Assembly: GCA_963729895.1 (NCBI GenBank)
Contig: CAVSQB010000018.1
Span: forward strand, 68,314 to 132,313
Reading direction: 5' to 3'
Origin: an uncultured Fibrobacterota bacterium
GTDB lineage: Bacteria > Fibrobacterota > Chitinivibrionia > Chitinivibrionales > FEN-1185
DNA length: 64,000 bases
The position numbers and the translations under genes are program-made. A model generated the notes under the pieces. That model worked only from the letters and a program-made list of their open reading frames with translations, was not told the origin of the DNA and did no database searches. How positions within the stretch are numbered: the stretch's first letter is position 1; every line of letters begins with the position of its first letter. This document shows, piece by piece, positions 8,807-19,484 of this stretch.

Positions 8807-11578
8807 ATGCCCAAAAAGAAACAATCCTCACGAAAAGCAAAGCACCCGCTGATCTGGAAATTGTTATGTGTCGCGCTGGGCCTTGTTGTGTTCCTTCTGG
8901 CGGCCGCCTATCCCGCGTATCTCGTCGGCCAGTACGCCTTCAACCGGTATTTCGACCACTGGGGCGAAAAACTCGTTGATCTTGAGAAACGCGGGCTCCT
9001 GTCCAGGAAATTCGGTGCAGCGTGGCAGGACGTGCTCAAGGACGAGGCCATGGAGCACGAGGCGCACAGGCTGCTCGGCGCCGACACCTTGGGGAAGACA
9101 GACACCGCGCTCGTGGTGGATGGCGTATTTATCAACGATTATCCTTCGTTGTCCATCATTGCCAGGCTCAATGCTGTGCAACAGTACTCAAACGAAATAC
9201 GCATTGCGGACCGCAAAGACCGCGATATCGCGCGCATCCGCACGAACCACACCCGGGCAAAAATAAGCGAATTCCCGCCCACCCTTGTCAAATCCTTGGT
9301 TGCCGCGGAAGACGCCGATTTTTGGAAAAACACCACCGGCATCGAGTACAGCAGCATCGTGCGGTCGGTGGCGGGCGGCCTGCTTCGCAGCATACTTTCG
9401 TTACGGCCCGTGGCCCCGCGCGGCACGTCCACCATCACCCAGCAGGTGGCAAAGCTGTTTATTTCGGACGTCGATGAGGCGGGTACCCGCCGTGTTTCCA
9501 AGACCCTTGACCGGAAGCTCAGGGAAATGCGCCTTGCAAACGCGTTGCGCAAGGTGTACAAGCCCGAAGAAATTCTAGAAGTGTATGTCAACCACTGCAT
9601 TACAAGCGACAATGGCCTTATCGGCTGCAAAGACATTGCCCGGGCCCTGTTCGACAAAGACCTCAAGGACTTGTCGGATGCGCAATCCGTGTACATCGCA
9701 CGCATGGTAAAATGGGGCCGCAACGTGAAGCCCAAGATCGCACGGCAATGCGCGCTCGACATGCCGCGGATCGGCAAGGCTTTGGGATGGAACGCGGCGA
9801 GGCAGGCGAAAATCCTTGCCGAGGTCCATGAGTTGACATTTAAGAAGCCGCGGCAGATTCAGACCGATTTCGGTGCGCTCGTCGATTGCGCCAACGAATA
9901 CTGGTGCGCGGTGCTGAGGCGGAACGGCGCGCAAGACGGCCAGATCGATCAGATGGACATCGTGAACCCCAATTCCCTTATTCGCAAGAAGGGTAATCTC
10001 TCCATACGGCTCACCATCGACGTTCCTTTGCAGAAAGAGCTTGAGCGCCTTGTGAATGCGCGCGGGTATGGACCCGACACCACGGTGATGGAGGGTGGCA
10101 GGCCGGTCCAGGTGGGTGGGCAATACTATGCCTACAGCATCATGGATTCCAAGGACGGCACGCTGCTGGCGTATTATTCGAGGGACCGAATGGGGTCACG
10201 CTTGTCGGGACTTCTTCGTAACAGGACCCCCAACGGATCGTCGACTGCCAAGCCGATTTTCAACGCGCTCAATTTCGACCTTGGCACGTTTGCTCCCTAT
10301 GCAAAATGGACCGACAGTGTGGAAGTGACCGACAACGTTCCATGGCAGCGGGCGTTTAGGCGCGACGCAAAAGGCAGAATTCTCGGCGTGGTGTTTACCC
10401 ACAGCGCGGTGCGCGGAAAAGGCTATGAGGTGCACAACGACCACGACGAGTTTGAAGGCTGCCGGTATATTTTCGACCAGCTGAACGCGTCGAACAATAT
10501 TCTCGGAGTGGAGACGGTGTACCGGCTCAACAGAACTCTGTTTTCCCTGGACGGCGGCATCAGCAAGGATGCATTCCCTCTTGTCCAATACTTCTACCGG
10601 ATCGGCGCGTTCGGCCGCATCAAGGACGATCTGCACCTCACCTCGGTGACGGGCGTGCGCGTGTACAAGGAGCTTGCACGCATCGTGGGTGTGGACGTTG
10701 ATTCCACCGTGTCGGGCGGCAAGCGCGTGCCGATTTCGGACAGCCTGTACTCGGTGGCGCTCGGCACGCTCGAGCTTACCCTCTACGAGCAGATGCACCT
10801 GTTTAACGTGCTATATAATAACGATCTCATTGAAAGGCCGGCTAGCCACCCATCACTCATCATCGACAACATCGTTCTCAACGGCGATACCGTGCAAATG
10901 ACCGACACCATCAAGCGCTACCATCCATTTTTGGATGTAAATAACCTGCGTTCCACCTACCTTGGCCTCCACAAGCGGCTTGTCTCCGCTGACGGTCTTG
11001 ACATATACGATATTACGGCGCCGCCCGATACCGCCGGGATCGAGATGAAAAGTGCGTTCGACAAGGCAGTACTCCCGCTTACGGGCCCGCCGTCCAACTT
11101 TGCAAAGAGCGGCACAACCGATGACGTGATCCGTCCGTTCGACGCGCGCGCCAGGAGCGGCAGGAAAACGAACTACGGCGTCTGGAACGCGGTGCTGCGC
11201 GTCGACCTGTCCAAGTTGGCAGGAGCCGGCGCAGAACCCGACATCCGCGACATCACCGTGGCGTGCATCGGCGAATGCAGCCAGCACTACACGGGCGCTC
11301 GCGACGGCAAGAGCCTGCACAAGTTCCTCACCAAGAACCTGTTGCTCAAAGCCGGCGTTCCATGCCCCAACGGTTTCTTCACAAGGTATGAGGCGTATAT
11401 CAAGCGCGCTACGCCTAAAGACTCATTGGATTGTGTCAATGCAGCCGGTGCCGGGCAAGAATCCAAGCCCGGGAATCCGTTTGAACGGTTCCTTTCAATA
11501 TTCAAGAAGAAGGCCGACACCTCAAGAGCTGCGCCCACGGTGGATACGGGCGGGCCGGTTTCGAAGAATCAGGATTGA
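8807..11578 (+). CDS. class A penicillin-binding protein (GT51 transglycosylase plus transpeptidase-like domain)
   Basis: N-terminal TM segment. GT51 motifs (AAEDADFWKNTTGIEY, GTSTITQQVAKL, RKLREM). Later STAKP (SxxK) and KSGTTDD (KTG-like). The ATG at 8807 follows the divergent gene. The 8192 start in the track is an antisense-shadow extension. Confidence 0.75.
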   Translation: MPKKKQSSRKAKHPLIWKLLCVALGLVVFLLAAAYPAYLVGQYAFNRYFDHWGEKLVDLEKRGLLSRKFGAAWQDVLKDEAMEHEAHRLLGADTLGKTDTALVVDGVFINDYPSLSIIARLNAVQQYSNEIRIADRKDRDIARIRTNHTRAKISEFPPTLVKSLVAAEDADFWKNTTGIEYSSIVRSVAGGLLRSILSLRPVAPRGTSTITQQVAKLFISDVDEAGTRRVSKTLDRKLREMRLANALRKVYKPEEILEVYVNHCITSDNGLIGCKDIARALFDKDLKDLSDAQSVYIARMVKWGRNVKPKIARQCALDMPRIGKALGWNAARQAKILAEVHELTFKKPRQIQTDFGALVDCANEYWCAVLRRNGAQDGQIDQMDIVNPNSLIRKKGNLSIRLTIDVPLQKELERLVNARGYGPDTTVMEGGRPVQVGGQYYAYSIMDSKDGTLLAYYSRDRMGSRLSGLLRNRTPNGSSTAKPIFNALNFDLGTFAPYAKWTDSVEVTDNVPWQRAFRRDAKGRILGVVFTHSAVRGKGYEVHNDHDEFEGCRYIFDQLNASNNILGVETVYRLNRTLFSLDGGISKDAFPLVQYFYRIGAFGRIKDDLHLTSVTGVRVYKELARIVGVDVDSTVSGGKRVPISDSLYSVALGTLELTLYEQMHLFNVLYNNDLIERPASHPSLIIDNIVLNGDTVQMTDTIKRYHPFLDVNNLRSTYLGLHKRLVSADGLDIYDITAPPDTAGIEMKSAFDKAVLPLTGPPSNFAKSGTTDDVIRPFDARARSGRKTNYGVWNAVLRVDLSKLAGAGAEPDIRDITVACIGECSQHYTGARDGKSLHKFLTKNLLLKAGVPCPNGFFTRYEAYIKRATPKDSLDCVNAAGAGQESKPGNPFERFLSIFKKKADTSRAAPTVDTGGPVSKNQD

Positions 11579-11678
11579 ATAGGTTGAAAGGGGAAGCACC
11601 GCAGCCCTTATCGACCCAACAATTATCCCCTCCTTCCGGCATTTTATTATATTTCTTATTCCACAATCTATTGTATAA

Positions 11679-13508
11679 ATGGCGGAAACAGCTACAATAT
11701 ATATGCCAGATACAAAACTATCGATCCCGGTATACGACGAAAAAACAATCAAGACCCTCAGTTCCCTCGAGCACATCCGTTTACGCCCTGGGATGTACAT
11801 CGGCCGCCTGGGCGACGGAACCAACCCCGACGACGGCATCTACATCCTGCTCAAGGAAGTGATCGACAACTCGATTGATGAATTCATCATGGGGTTCGGA
11901 AAGAAGATTGACATCTCCATTGAAGAGGGGATCGTTTCCGTGCGCGACTACGGCCGCGGCATACCGCTCGGCAAGGTGATCGAATGCGTGTCGGTGATCA
12001 ACACCGGCGCAAAATACAATGACGACGTGTTCCAGTTCAGTGTGGGACTCAACGGCGTCGGCACCAAGGCGGTGAACGGGATGTCGTCCCATTTTCGCGT
12101 AGCGTCGTTTCGCGACGGCGAGTTCTTTGAGGCGACGTTCTCACGAGGCAAGCAAATCTCAAAACGCAAGGGGTCGGTGAAGGGTGAGCACAACGGCACC
12201 CTTATCGAGTTCACGCCCGATGCGGAACTCTTCGGCGACTCTGCGTTCAACGTTGAGTACGTGGAACGCAGGCTCTGGAATTACGCCTGCCTCAACACCG
12301 GGCTCAAGCTGGTTTTCAACAAACAGACCTTCGAATCGAAAAACGGGCTTCTCGACCTTCTTACCGATGAAGTGGGCGAGAGCACCGTCTACCCCATCGG
12401 ACATTTCAAGACCAAGTTCCTGGAATTTGCCTTCACCCATACCGCAAGCTACGGGGAAACCTACCGTTCGTTTGTGAACGGCCAGCTCACCAGCGACGGC
12501 GGCACGCACCTGTCCGCGTTCCGCGAAGGCATTCTCAAGGGGATCAACGAGTTTTACAAGAAAGACTATTCGGGCCTCGACGTGCGCGAAGGAATGGCGG
12601 GCGCGATTGCGGTGAAGCTCAAGGCGCCGGTGTTCGAATCGCAGACCAAGAACAAACTGGGTAACACCGAAATCCGCGGCTGGGTAATTTCCGAAGTCAA
12701 GTCGGGCGTTGTGGACTTTCTCCACAAGAACCCGGAAAGCGCCAAGGCGCTTGAGAGCAAGATAGTCCAGAACGAGCATCTGCGCAAAGAACTCAACGCG
12801 GTCAAGAAGGAAGCCAAGGAAGCCGCCAAGCGCATCGAAATAAAAATTCCCTGCCTCAAGGACTGCAAGTACCATCTTGGCGACACGAAACACGGCGAGG
12901 AATCAACCGTGTTCCTTACCGAAGGGCAATCGGCCGCCGGTTCCATCGTGTCCGCGCGCGACGTGCAGACACAGGCGATCTTCACGCTCAAGGGCAAGCC
13001 GGAAAACGTATTCAGCAGGAACCGGGCGGCCATCTACCAGAACGAAGAACTGTACAACCTGATGATGTCGCTCGGCATCGAAGAGAACATCGAGAACCTG
13101 CGGTACAACCGCATCGTCATCGCCACCGACGCCGACGTGGACGGGTTCCACATCCGCTATCTGCTCATGACATTCTTCCTCACCTACTTTGAAGACCTGG
13201 TGGTATCAAACCACCTTTATATATTGGAAACGCCGCTGTTCCGCGTTCGCAACAACAAGGAAACGCGGTATTGTTACAGCGAGAAGGAGCGCGACGCCGG
13301 CACGCGCGACCTGAAGGGCTCCGAGGTGACCCGGTTCAAGGGTCTTGGCGAGATATCGCCCGGCGAGTTCGGCCAGTTTATCGGCGAGGACATGCGGCTC
13401 GTGGAAGTCAACGTAAAATCGATCAAGAACATACCGGAAACGCTGGAATTCTACATGGGCAAGAACACGCCGCAGCGGAAAGACTTCATTATGGAGAACC
13501 TAGTCTAA
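11679..13508 (+). CDS. parE: type IIA topoisomerase subunit B (topoisomerase IV ParE-type)
   Basis: GHKL ATPase and Toprim motifs (LEHIRLRPGMYIG, EVIDNSIDE, GLNGVGTKAVN, FLTEGQSAAGS, IATDADVDGFHI). The ~609 aa length and the adjacent A subunit fit ParE rather than GyrB. Confidence 0.75.
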   Translation: MAETATIYMPDTKLSIPVYDEKTIKTLSSLEHIRLRPGMYIGRLGDGTNPDDGIYILLKEVIDNSIDEFIMGFGKKIDISIEEGIVSVRDYGRGIPLGKVIECVSVINTGAKYNDDVFQFSVGLNGVGTKAVNGMSSHFRVASFRDGEFFEATFSRGKQISKRKGSVKGEHNGTLIEFTPDAELFGDSAFNVEYVERRLWNYACLNTGLKLVFNKQTFESKNGLLDLLTDEVGESTVYPIGHFKTKFLEFAFTHTASYGETYRSFVNGQLTSDGGTHLSAFREGILKGINEFYKKDYSGLDVREGMAGAIAVKLKAPVFESQTKNKLGNTEIRGWVISEVKSGVVDFLHKNPESAKALESKIVQNEHLRKELNAVKKEAKEAAKRIEIKIPCLKDCKYHLGDTKHGEESTVFLTEGQSAAGSIVSARDVQTQAIFTLKGKPENVFSRNRAAIYQNEELYNLMMSLGIEENIENLRYNRIVIATDADVDGFHIRYLLMTFFLTYFEDLVVSNHLYILETPLFRVRNNKETRYCYSEKERDAGTRDLKGSEVTRFKGLGEISPGEFGQFIGEDMRLVEVNVKSIKNIPETLEFYMGKNTPQRKDFIMENLV

Positions 13509-15418
13509 TGGCGTTTGTCCCTGCACTTTACAAAAACTACTTTATCGAGTACGCAAGCTACGTCATCAAGGACCGCGCCATACCCGACATCGAGGACGGG
13601 CTCAAGCCGGTGCAGCGCCGCATTCTTCACACGCTCTTCGAAATGGACGACGGCAAATTCCACAAGGTTGCCAATGCCGTGGGCCAGTGCATGAAATACC
13701 ATCCGCACGGCGACCAGTCGATTTTTGCCGCCCTCGTCGGCCTGGCTAATAAAGATTTGTTTATTGACAAACAGGGTAATTTCGGCAACATCCTCACGGG
13801 CGACGAGGCCTCGGCGATGCGCTACATCGAGTGCCGCCTCACACCGCTTGCCCGGGAAACCCTGTTCAATCCGGAAATCACCGATTTCGTCGGCTCCTAC
13901 GACGGACGCAACAAGGAGCCCGTTGTATTGCCCGCCAAGGTGCCGGTTCTTCTGGCGCAGGGTGCCGAAGGAATTGCCGTGGGCATGGCCACCAAGATCC
14001 TGCCGCACAATTTTATCGAGCTGCTCCAGGCGCAGATCGCGTATCTTAACAAAGAGGACTTCTCGCTGAGGCCGGATTTTCCCTCGGGCGGCATGCTTGA
14101 CATGTCGGAGTACGGAGACGGCAACGGCAAGGTCCGCATCCGCGCCAGGCTCGACACCGGCGACGACAAGCGGATCGTGGTCCGCGAAATCCCCTTCGGC
14201 ACCACAACCGAAAGCCTCATCGCCAGCGTGGAGGCCGCAGCCCGCAAAAACAAGATCAAGATAGCGGGTATTTCCGATTTCACCTCGGAACAAGTGGAGA
14301 TCGAGATCCGGCTCGCGCGCGGTGTGCACACGCAGGACACGGTCGACGCGCTGTACGCGTTTACGGACTGCGAAGTGTCGACCAACGTGAACGTGGTGGT
14401 AATCAAAGAAGGCAAACCGGTCACCATGAGCGTGTCCGACGTGCTCAAACACGGCGCGGACCGGACCGTTGAGCTTTTGAAGCGCGAGCTTAAGATCGAG
14501 GACGGCCATTTGCGCGACCGGCTGCACGCCAAGACGCTCGAACAGATCTTCATCGAAAACCGTGTGTACAAACGCATCGAAGACAAGAAGACGCAGGAAG
14601 CCGTCACCAAAGCGGTAATTGACGGACTGGAACCTTTTGCCGGCCAGATCAAGCGCGAGGTGACGGCCGGCGACGTGGAAACCCTGCTCAAGATTCCTAT
14701 CCGCAGGATCTCTGCCTACGACATCAACAAAGCCCGGCACGAAATGGACGAGATCAAGACGCGGCTCAAGGAGATCCGGCATTCGCTCGATACTATCGTG
14801 GATTACACTATCGGGTTCATGCAGGATACCATGCTCAAGTACAGCAAGCAGTATCCGCGCCGCACCGAAGTGGTGTCGTTCGAGAAGGTTGATGTCCGCG
14901 AAGTCGCCCAGCGCAACCTCAAGCTTCGTTACGACCGCGACAACGGTTATCTCGGCTACGAGGTGAACGGCAGCGGGCTCTTCGATGTCTCGCTGTACGA
15001 CCGCATTCTCGTGATCCGCAGGAACGGCATGTATTCGGTAATCAACGTGCCCGACAAATTATTCGTGGACAAGGGCATGCTGCACTGCGGGTTCATCGAC
15101 AAAGACGCCGTCTATTCCCTGGTGTACAAGAGTCCCGAGAATCAGTTCCCCTACGTAAAGCGCTGCCACATAGAGCAGTTCATCATGCAGAAGGCATACC
15201 TGCTTGCGCCCGAAGGGGCGACCGTCCAGATGTTCACCACCGAGACCGACGGGACCATCGAGGTGGAATACAAGCCCAAGCCCTATCTGCGCGTGCTTGA
15301 GGAGAAGTTCAACCTCGGAGATTATCTGATCAAGGGGGTCAAAGCCCAGGGTGTGAGGCTTTCCAACAAGGAAGCCAGGACCGTGAAGTTCGTGGCGGAC
15401 CTCAAGTTGACCAATTAA
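13508..15418 (+). CDS. parC: type IIA topoisomerase subunit A (ParC-type, 636 aa)
   Basis: The ATG overlaps the parE stop (TAATG). Motifs: YVIKDRAIPDIEDGLKPVQRRILH, KYHPHGDQS, and the catalytic-Tyr region SAMRYIECRL. The upstream part of ORF 13271 is out-of-context read-through. Confidence 0.75.
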   Translation: MAFVPALYKNYFIEYASYVIKDRAIPDIEDGLKPVQRRILHTLFEMDDGKFHKVANAVGQCMKYHPHGDQSIFAALVGLANKDLFIDKQGNFGNILTGDEASAMRYIECRLTPLARETLFNPEITDFVGSYDGRNKEPVVLPAKVPVLLAQGAEGIAVGMATKILPHNFIELLQAQIAYLNKEDFSLRPDFPSGGMLDMSEYGDGNGKVRIRARLDTGDDKRIVVREIPFGTTTESLIASVEAAARKNKIKIAGISDFTSEQVEIEIRLARGVHTQDTVDALYAFTDCEVSTNVNVVVIKEGKPVTMSVSDVLKHGADRTVELLKRELKIEDGHLRDRLHAKTLEQIFIENRVYKRIEDKKTQEAVTKAVIDGLEPFAGQIKREVTAGDVETLLKIPIRRISAYDINKARHEMDEIKTRLKEIRHSLDTIVDYTIGFMQDTMLKYSKQYPRRTEVVSFEKVDVREVAQRNLKLRYDRDNGYLGYEVNGSGLFDVSLYDRILVIRRNGMYSVINVPDKLFVDKGMLHCGFIDKDAVYSLVYKSPENQFPYVKRCHIEQFIMQKAYLLAPEGATVQMFTTETDGTIEVEYKPKPYLRVLEEKFNLGDYLIKGVKAQGVRLSNKEARTVKFVADLKLTN

Positions 15419-15644
15419 TACAATACGCTATTTCTTGTGGGGGAAGTTTACCCCGGCGTCCTGCCGGTGCTCCGCTACCTCTCTCCCGGGTACCCCATGT
15501 GAGTTGATTTGCAAGAAAGAAACTTCGGCTGGGGGGCACCCGCGAAGCGCTGTGGAATTGAAGAACGCAGCATTTTAGGATGGAGGCGCTCTGCAGCAGT
15601 ACCTCTAGCTAAAAATGGTTTTCCTTCATCAACGCTGGGGCGTT

Positions 15645-16559
15645 TCAACGATTCAACTTTTTGAACTTTGCTCCCTGCAGCAAACCCCTCTTCTCCATCA
15701 CATCATAAATAACCTTCATCGACCCCGCCTTGTCCGCGCTCCACATCGGCGCAACCAGCCCGTTTTTCACGCTCGCATCGGCCATGATCCTGTGGATATG
15801 CTGGTCCGGCCTCAGGCGCGCCAGGAAATCGCACACAGCTTCGGCATATTCCTCGAGCGTCAACGGCTGTACCGTGCCTTCTTCGTACCACCGGTGCATC
15901 CGGGTCCCGGCGATAATCATGAGCTGATGGATCTTGACTCCTGTTACCGGAAGAGAGGCTACGAGCGTTGCCGTCGAGACTGCGTCGCCCGCAGATTCGG
16001 ACGGCAGCCCGATCATCACGTGCGCCACCGTCTCGATTCCGCGTGCATTGAGCCGGTGTACGGCATCGACAAACGCCTTTGTGTCGTGGCCGCGTCCGTT
16101 GAGGCGAAGCGTCTCATCATTCCCGCTCTGCAAGCCGATTTCCACGGAGACATACGTCCGCTTCGACACCTCTTTCAAGTAGTCGCAAACGTCGTCCGGA
16201 AGACAGTCGGGACGCGTGCCGATCGCCAGGCCGGCAATGTTAGGATGACCGAGGAGCGGCTCGTAAATATTTCGGAGTCGTCTTACGCTTTCGTAGGTAT
16301 TGGAAAACGGCTGCAGATAGGCGATGAACGCGCTGTGCCTGCCCCCGTCCTTGGTAATTGCACATTTCAATTGGTCGAGCAATGATGCGGCGGTGACGGC
16401 CACGGGCGAGAACGACCGGTTGTCGCAGAACGAACAGCCTTCGCTGCCGATGGTGCCGTCGCGATTGGGGCATGAAAAACCGGCATTGAGAGGAATCTTG
16501 AGAACCGGCCTTCCGATGTGTTTCTTGAGATAGGAACGGTAGGAGTTATAGCGTTCCAC
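15645..16559 (-). CDS. radical SAM protein, TIGR01212 family
   Basis: N-terminus YLKKHIGRPVLKIPLNAGFSCPNRDGTIGSEGCSFCDN is characteristic of this family, with a TIM-barrel radical SAM core. Confidence 0.85.
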   Translation of the reverse strand: MERYNSYRSYLKKHIGRPVLKIPLNAGFSCPNRDGTIGSEGCSFCDNRSFSPVAVTAASLLDQLKCAITKDGGRHSAFIAYLQPFSNTYESVRRLRNIYEPLLGHPNIAGLAIGTRPDCLPDDVCDYLKEVSKRTYVSVEIGLQSGNDETLRLNGRGHDTKAFVDAVHRLNARGIETVAHVMIGLPSESAGDAVSTATLVASLPVTGVKIHQLMIIAGTRMHRWYEEGTVQPLTLEEYAEAVCDFLARLRPDQHIHRIMADASVKNGLVAPMWSADKAGSMKVIYDVMEKRGLLQGAKFKKLNR

Positions 16560-16687
16560 TGTTTATAATTGATTAGAACTGCAGGTTGCAAATTCAGGGA
16601 TCCAGGTCACCGGAAGAAAATAAAAAAGGGTAACCCGGTGCACCTCCAAACTGGAACCTCCAACCTGCACTTGTCCTGTAGTGCAGA

Positions 16688-17776
16688 TCACTGGGCAGTA
16701 CCGGCCTTCTTCTTTGCTTCTTTTCTGAGGTCCAGGCTCTGGGTGGTGTCTTTGCTGATATTGTCGATATCGGAGCCGACGTCCACGGGTTGGGCGTCAA
16801 GGTGTTTTGCTTCCCCGCCGCCCCCCTTGTGCAGCTCGCTCTTCAGCTGCTGCATCTGCGCCTCGTTCTGTTCCGAAGCCTTTTCGCGGTTTGCTTTGGC
16901 GTCGGACTTGCCGGTTGAAACGGCTTCGCCGTTCTCAAGTTTGTCAATTCGCCGTTGCACTTCTTCTTTCTTCATCGCCTCGTTCAGATAAATGAGATAT
17001 TTCTTATAGGTGGCGATAGCATCCTCTTTCTTTCCCATTTCCTCCTGCAGCAGCCCGAGGTTATCGTAGAACACCTGGGAATTTTCATCGAGTTTGACCG
17101 AGATTTGGTATTCTTTGAGCGCCTCCGCCTTATTGTTTTCTTTTTTCCACAGGATGTTGCCGAGCTGCCAGTGTGCGTCCGCGTTGTTGGGATCTGCCGC
17201 GATGGCCTCCTGGCAGTATTTCTTCGCCCCCGCGACATTGCCCTTCTCGGTAAGGCAACGGGCAACCCCGCTGTACGCTTCGCCCCGTTTTCCATCGGTC
17301 CGGATGGCGGCTTCGTAATGGGCAATGGCCTTGTCATAGGCGCCTGCGTTCTCGTACATCGCAGCCAGGTTCATGCGTGCATCAACATTGCTCGGGTTGA
17401 GTTCAACGGAACGGGCAATGGCGTCCGCGGCCTTTCCCGACTTGCCGAGTTTCTCGTATGCAAAGCCTATATTCGCCCAGCAGTCGGCGTTCCGGGGATC
17501 GAGCGAAATCGCCCTGTTGTATTCCGCAACGGCTTTATCGTACCGCTCGGCCTGAAGATAGGCGAATGCGAGATTGGCCTGGGCCTCAAAGTTCCTCGGC
17601 TCCTTGGCGACCACCTGCCGGAACACGGAAATGGCTTCCGTGTACGCGCCGTTTTTCAGCAGATTGTCGCCCGATGCCATGAGTTCCTCAACGGAATTCT
17701 GACTTCTTGCCGGCATCACAAGCACAAACGCAGCGGCAAGAACCGACATGATGCACATGAGCTTGGTCGTTTTCAT
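16688..17776 (-). CDS. secreted tetratricopeptide-repeat (TPR) protein
   Basis: Signal peptide (MKTTKLMCIMSVLAAAFVLVMPARS), about 6 consecutive TPR units (A..Y..AI.LDP.NA pattern), and a charged low-complexity tail. Confidence 0.8.
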   Translation of the reverse strand: MKTTKLMCIMSVLAAAFVLVMPARSQNSVEELMASGDNLLKNGAYTEAISVFRQVVAKEPRNFEAQANLAFAYLQAERYDKAVAEYNRAISLDPRNADCWANIGFAYEKLGKSGKAADAIARSVELNPSNVDARMNLAAMYENAGAYDKAIAHYEAAIRTDGKRGEAYSGVARCLTEKGNVAGAKKYCQEAIAADPNNADAHWQLGNILWKKENNKAEALKEYQISVKLDENSQVFYDNLGLLQEEMGKKEDAIATYKKYLIYLNEAMKKEEVQRRIDKLENGEAVSTGKSDAKANREKASEQNEAQMQQLKSELHKGGGGEAKHLDAQPVDVGSDIDNISKDTTQSLDLRKEAKKKAGTAQ

Positions 17777-17976
17777 ATCGAATCCCCTCTTCTAGGATAT
17801 GGATATTCCGATCCGCTAGTTCCATGTAAGGAGGTAACACGTAAAATAGCAATGAAAGGGACCGCCATCAAGAGTTATCTTGAGCAACATGATTTTTGGA
17901 CGCTCGAAACGTCGACGGGGTTTTCAATCAACTATATTAGAAAACTTGCGCTTGTCCAAAACATGACGGGGGATAC

Positions 17977-19434
17977 ATGGGCGGCAAAAACCAGCAGATG
18001 CGAACCGACGTCTACAGCAATCCTTTGCTCGAACGCTATGCCAGCAAGGAAATGTCCTTTATCTTCTCGCCGGATTTCAAATTCGGCACGTGGAGAAAAC
18101 TGTGGATTGCGCTTGCTGAATGCGAAAAAGACCTTGGTCTTCCCATCACGGCCGAACAGATTGCCGAAATGAAGGACCACGCGCACGATGTCGATTATGA
18201 TGCGGCCGCCGCCTACGAGGCAAAGACCCGCCACGACGTCATGGCGCATATTCTCGCGTTCGGCGACCGTTGCCCGGCCGCAAAGCCCATCATTCACCTG
18301 GGCGCGACGAGCGCGTTTGTGGGCGATAACACCGACCTGATCCAGCTCAAGACGGCCGGGACCATGCTCCTTGCCCGGCTCTCGGCGGTGATCGCGGCGC
18401 TCAAGGATTTCGCGCTTGCAAACAGGAACCTGGCAACAATCGGGTTCACTCATTTCCAGCCCGCCCAGCTCACCACCGTCGGCAAACGCGCGAGCCTGTG
18501 GCTGTACGAACTCACCCTCGACTTTGCGGCCCTCGAACAGTTCTGCACGTTTTTGCCCTTCCTTGGAGTCAAGGGCGCCACCGGGACGCAGGCGAGTTAC
18601 ATGAGCCTGTTTTCGGGGGACGAGGGCAAAGTGAAGAAGCTTGACACAATGGTTGCCGGGAAGATGGGATTTGATACGGTTGTCCCCGTGTCGGGCCAAA
18701 CCTATTCGCGCAAGATCGATGCTCAAGCCCTGGCGATCCTGTCCGGCATTGCCCAGACGTTCCACAAAATCTCAAACGACATTCGGTTGTTGGCGCACCT
18801 GGGCGAGATCGAGGAGCCGTTCGAAAGCGGCCAGGTTGGATCGTCGGCAATGGCCTACAAGCGCAATCCCATGCGCTGCGAACGCATGACCTCGCTTGCA
18901 CGGTATATTATTTCTTTGTCGTCATCGCCGGCAAATACGGCAGCGGAACAGTGGTTCGAGCGGACACTCGACGATTCCGCAAACAAGCGTTTGTCGATTC
19001 CGGAGGCGTTTCTTGCGGCCGACGCCATCCTCATCATCGGCCTCAATGTGCTCTCCGGCCTGATTGTATACCCGCGTGTTATCGCGAAGCACGTGGCTGA
19101 AGAGCTTCCCTTTATGGCGACCGAAAGCATTCTCATGGAAGCCGTGAAGAAGGGCGGGGACAGGCAGTCTTTGCACGAACGCATCCGGAGCTATTCCATG
19201 GAAGCCCACAAGGGAGTCAAAACCGAAGGAAAGCAGAACGATCTTCTTGAGCGCATTCTTGCCGATCCGGCGTTCAAATTGACGAAGCAGGATCTGGACA
19301 GGATCCTTGACGTCACCGCATTCGTGGGGCGGGCGCCGCAGCAGGTTGATGAGTTTGCAAAGGACGTTGTTAACCCGCTTCTGGAGCGGAGCAGGCGATA
19401 CGGCTCGATCGAGAAGAAAGAGTTGACGGTGTAG
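17977..19434 (+). CDS. purB: adenylosuccinate lyase
   Basis: YSNPLLERYASKEMS start, fumarate-lyase signature GSSAMAYKRNP, and typical length. GGGGGA lies upstream of the ATG. Confidence 0.9.
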   Translation: MGGKNQQMRTDVYSNPLLERYASKEMSFIFSPDFKFGTWRKLWIALAECEKDLGLPITAEQIAEMKDHAHDVDYDAAAAYEAKTRHDVMAHILAFGDRCPAAKPIIHLGATSAFVGDNTDLIQLKTAGTMLLARLSAVIAALKDFALANRNLATIGFTHFQPAQLTTVGKRASLWLYELTLDFAALEQFCTFLPFLGVKGATGTQASYMSLFSGDEGKVKKLDTMVAGKMGFDTVVPVSGQTYSRKIDAQALAILSGIAQTFHKISNDIRLLAHLGEIEEPFESGQVGSSAMAYKRNPMRCERMTSLARYIISLSSSPANTAAEQWFERTLDDSANKRLSIPEAFLAADAILIIGLNVLSGLIVYPRVIAKHVAEELPFMATESILMEAVKKGGDRQSLHERIRSYSMEAHKGVKTEGKQNDLLERILADPAFKLTKQDLDRILDVTAFVGRAPQQVDEFAKDVVNPLLERSRRYGSIEKKELTV

Positions 19435-19484
19435 AGGAGGATGATGACCCGGAACTTTGTTGCAGCGAACGGAGCGAGATCATT

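Noticed and set aside
13505-14782. Long antisense ORFs inside parC, smc (31872-33254, 33891-34877, 33318-33860), the ABC genes (37870-38952, 38751-39599), the GGDEF gene (59506-60858), the radical SAM gene (15615-16385) and the TPR gene (16955-18172)
   Set aside because: All lie opposite genes with unambiguous family motifs. They show Arg/His/Val/Asp-rich reverse-frame composition and lack an RBS. They are typical artefacts of GC-rich coding DNA.
17830-18172. Plus-strand ORF starting at ATGAAAGGG downstream of a TAAGGAGG sequence upstream of purB
   Set aside because: The Shine-Dalgarno-like sequence is 17 nt from the ATG. The frame runs about 200 nt into purB out of frame. purB has its own plausible RBS and start at 17977.
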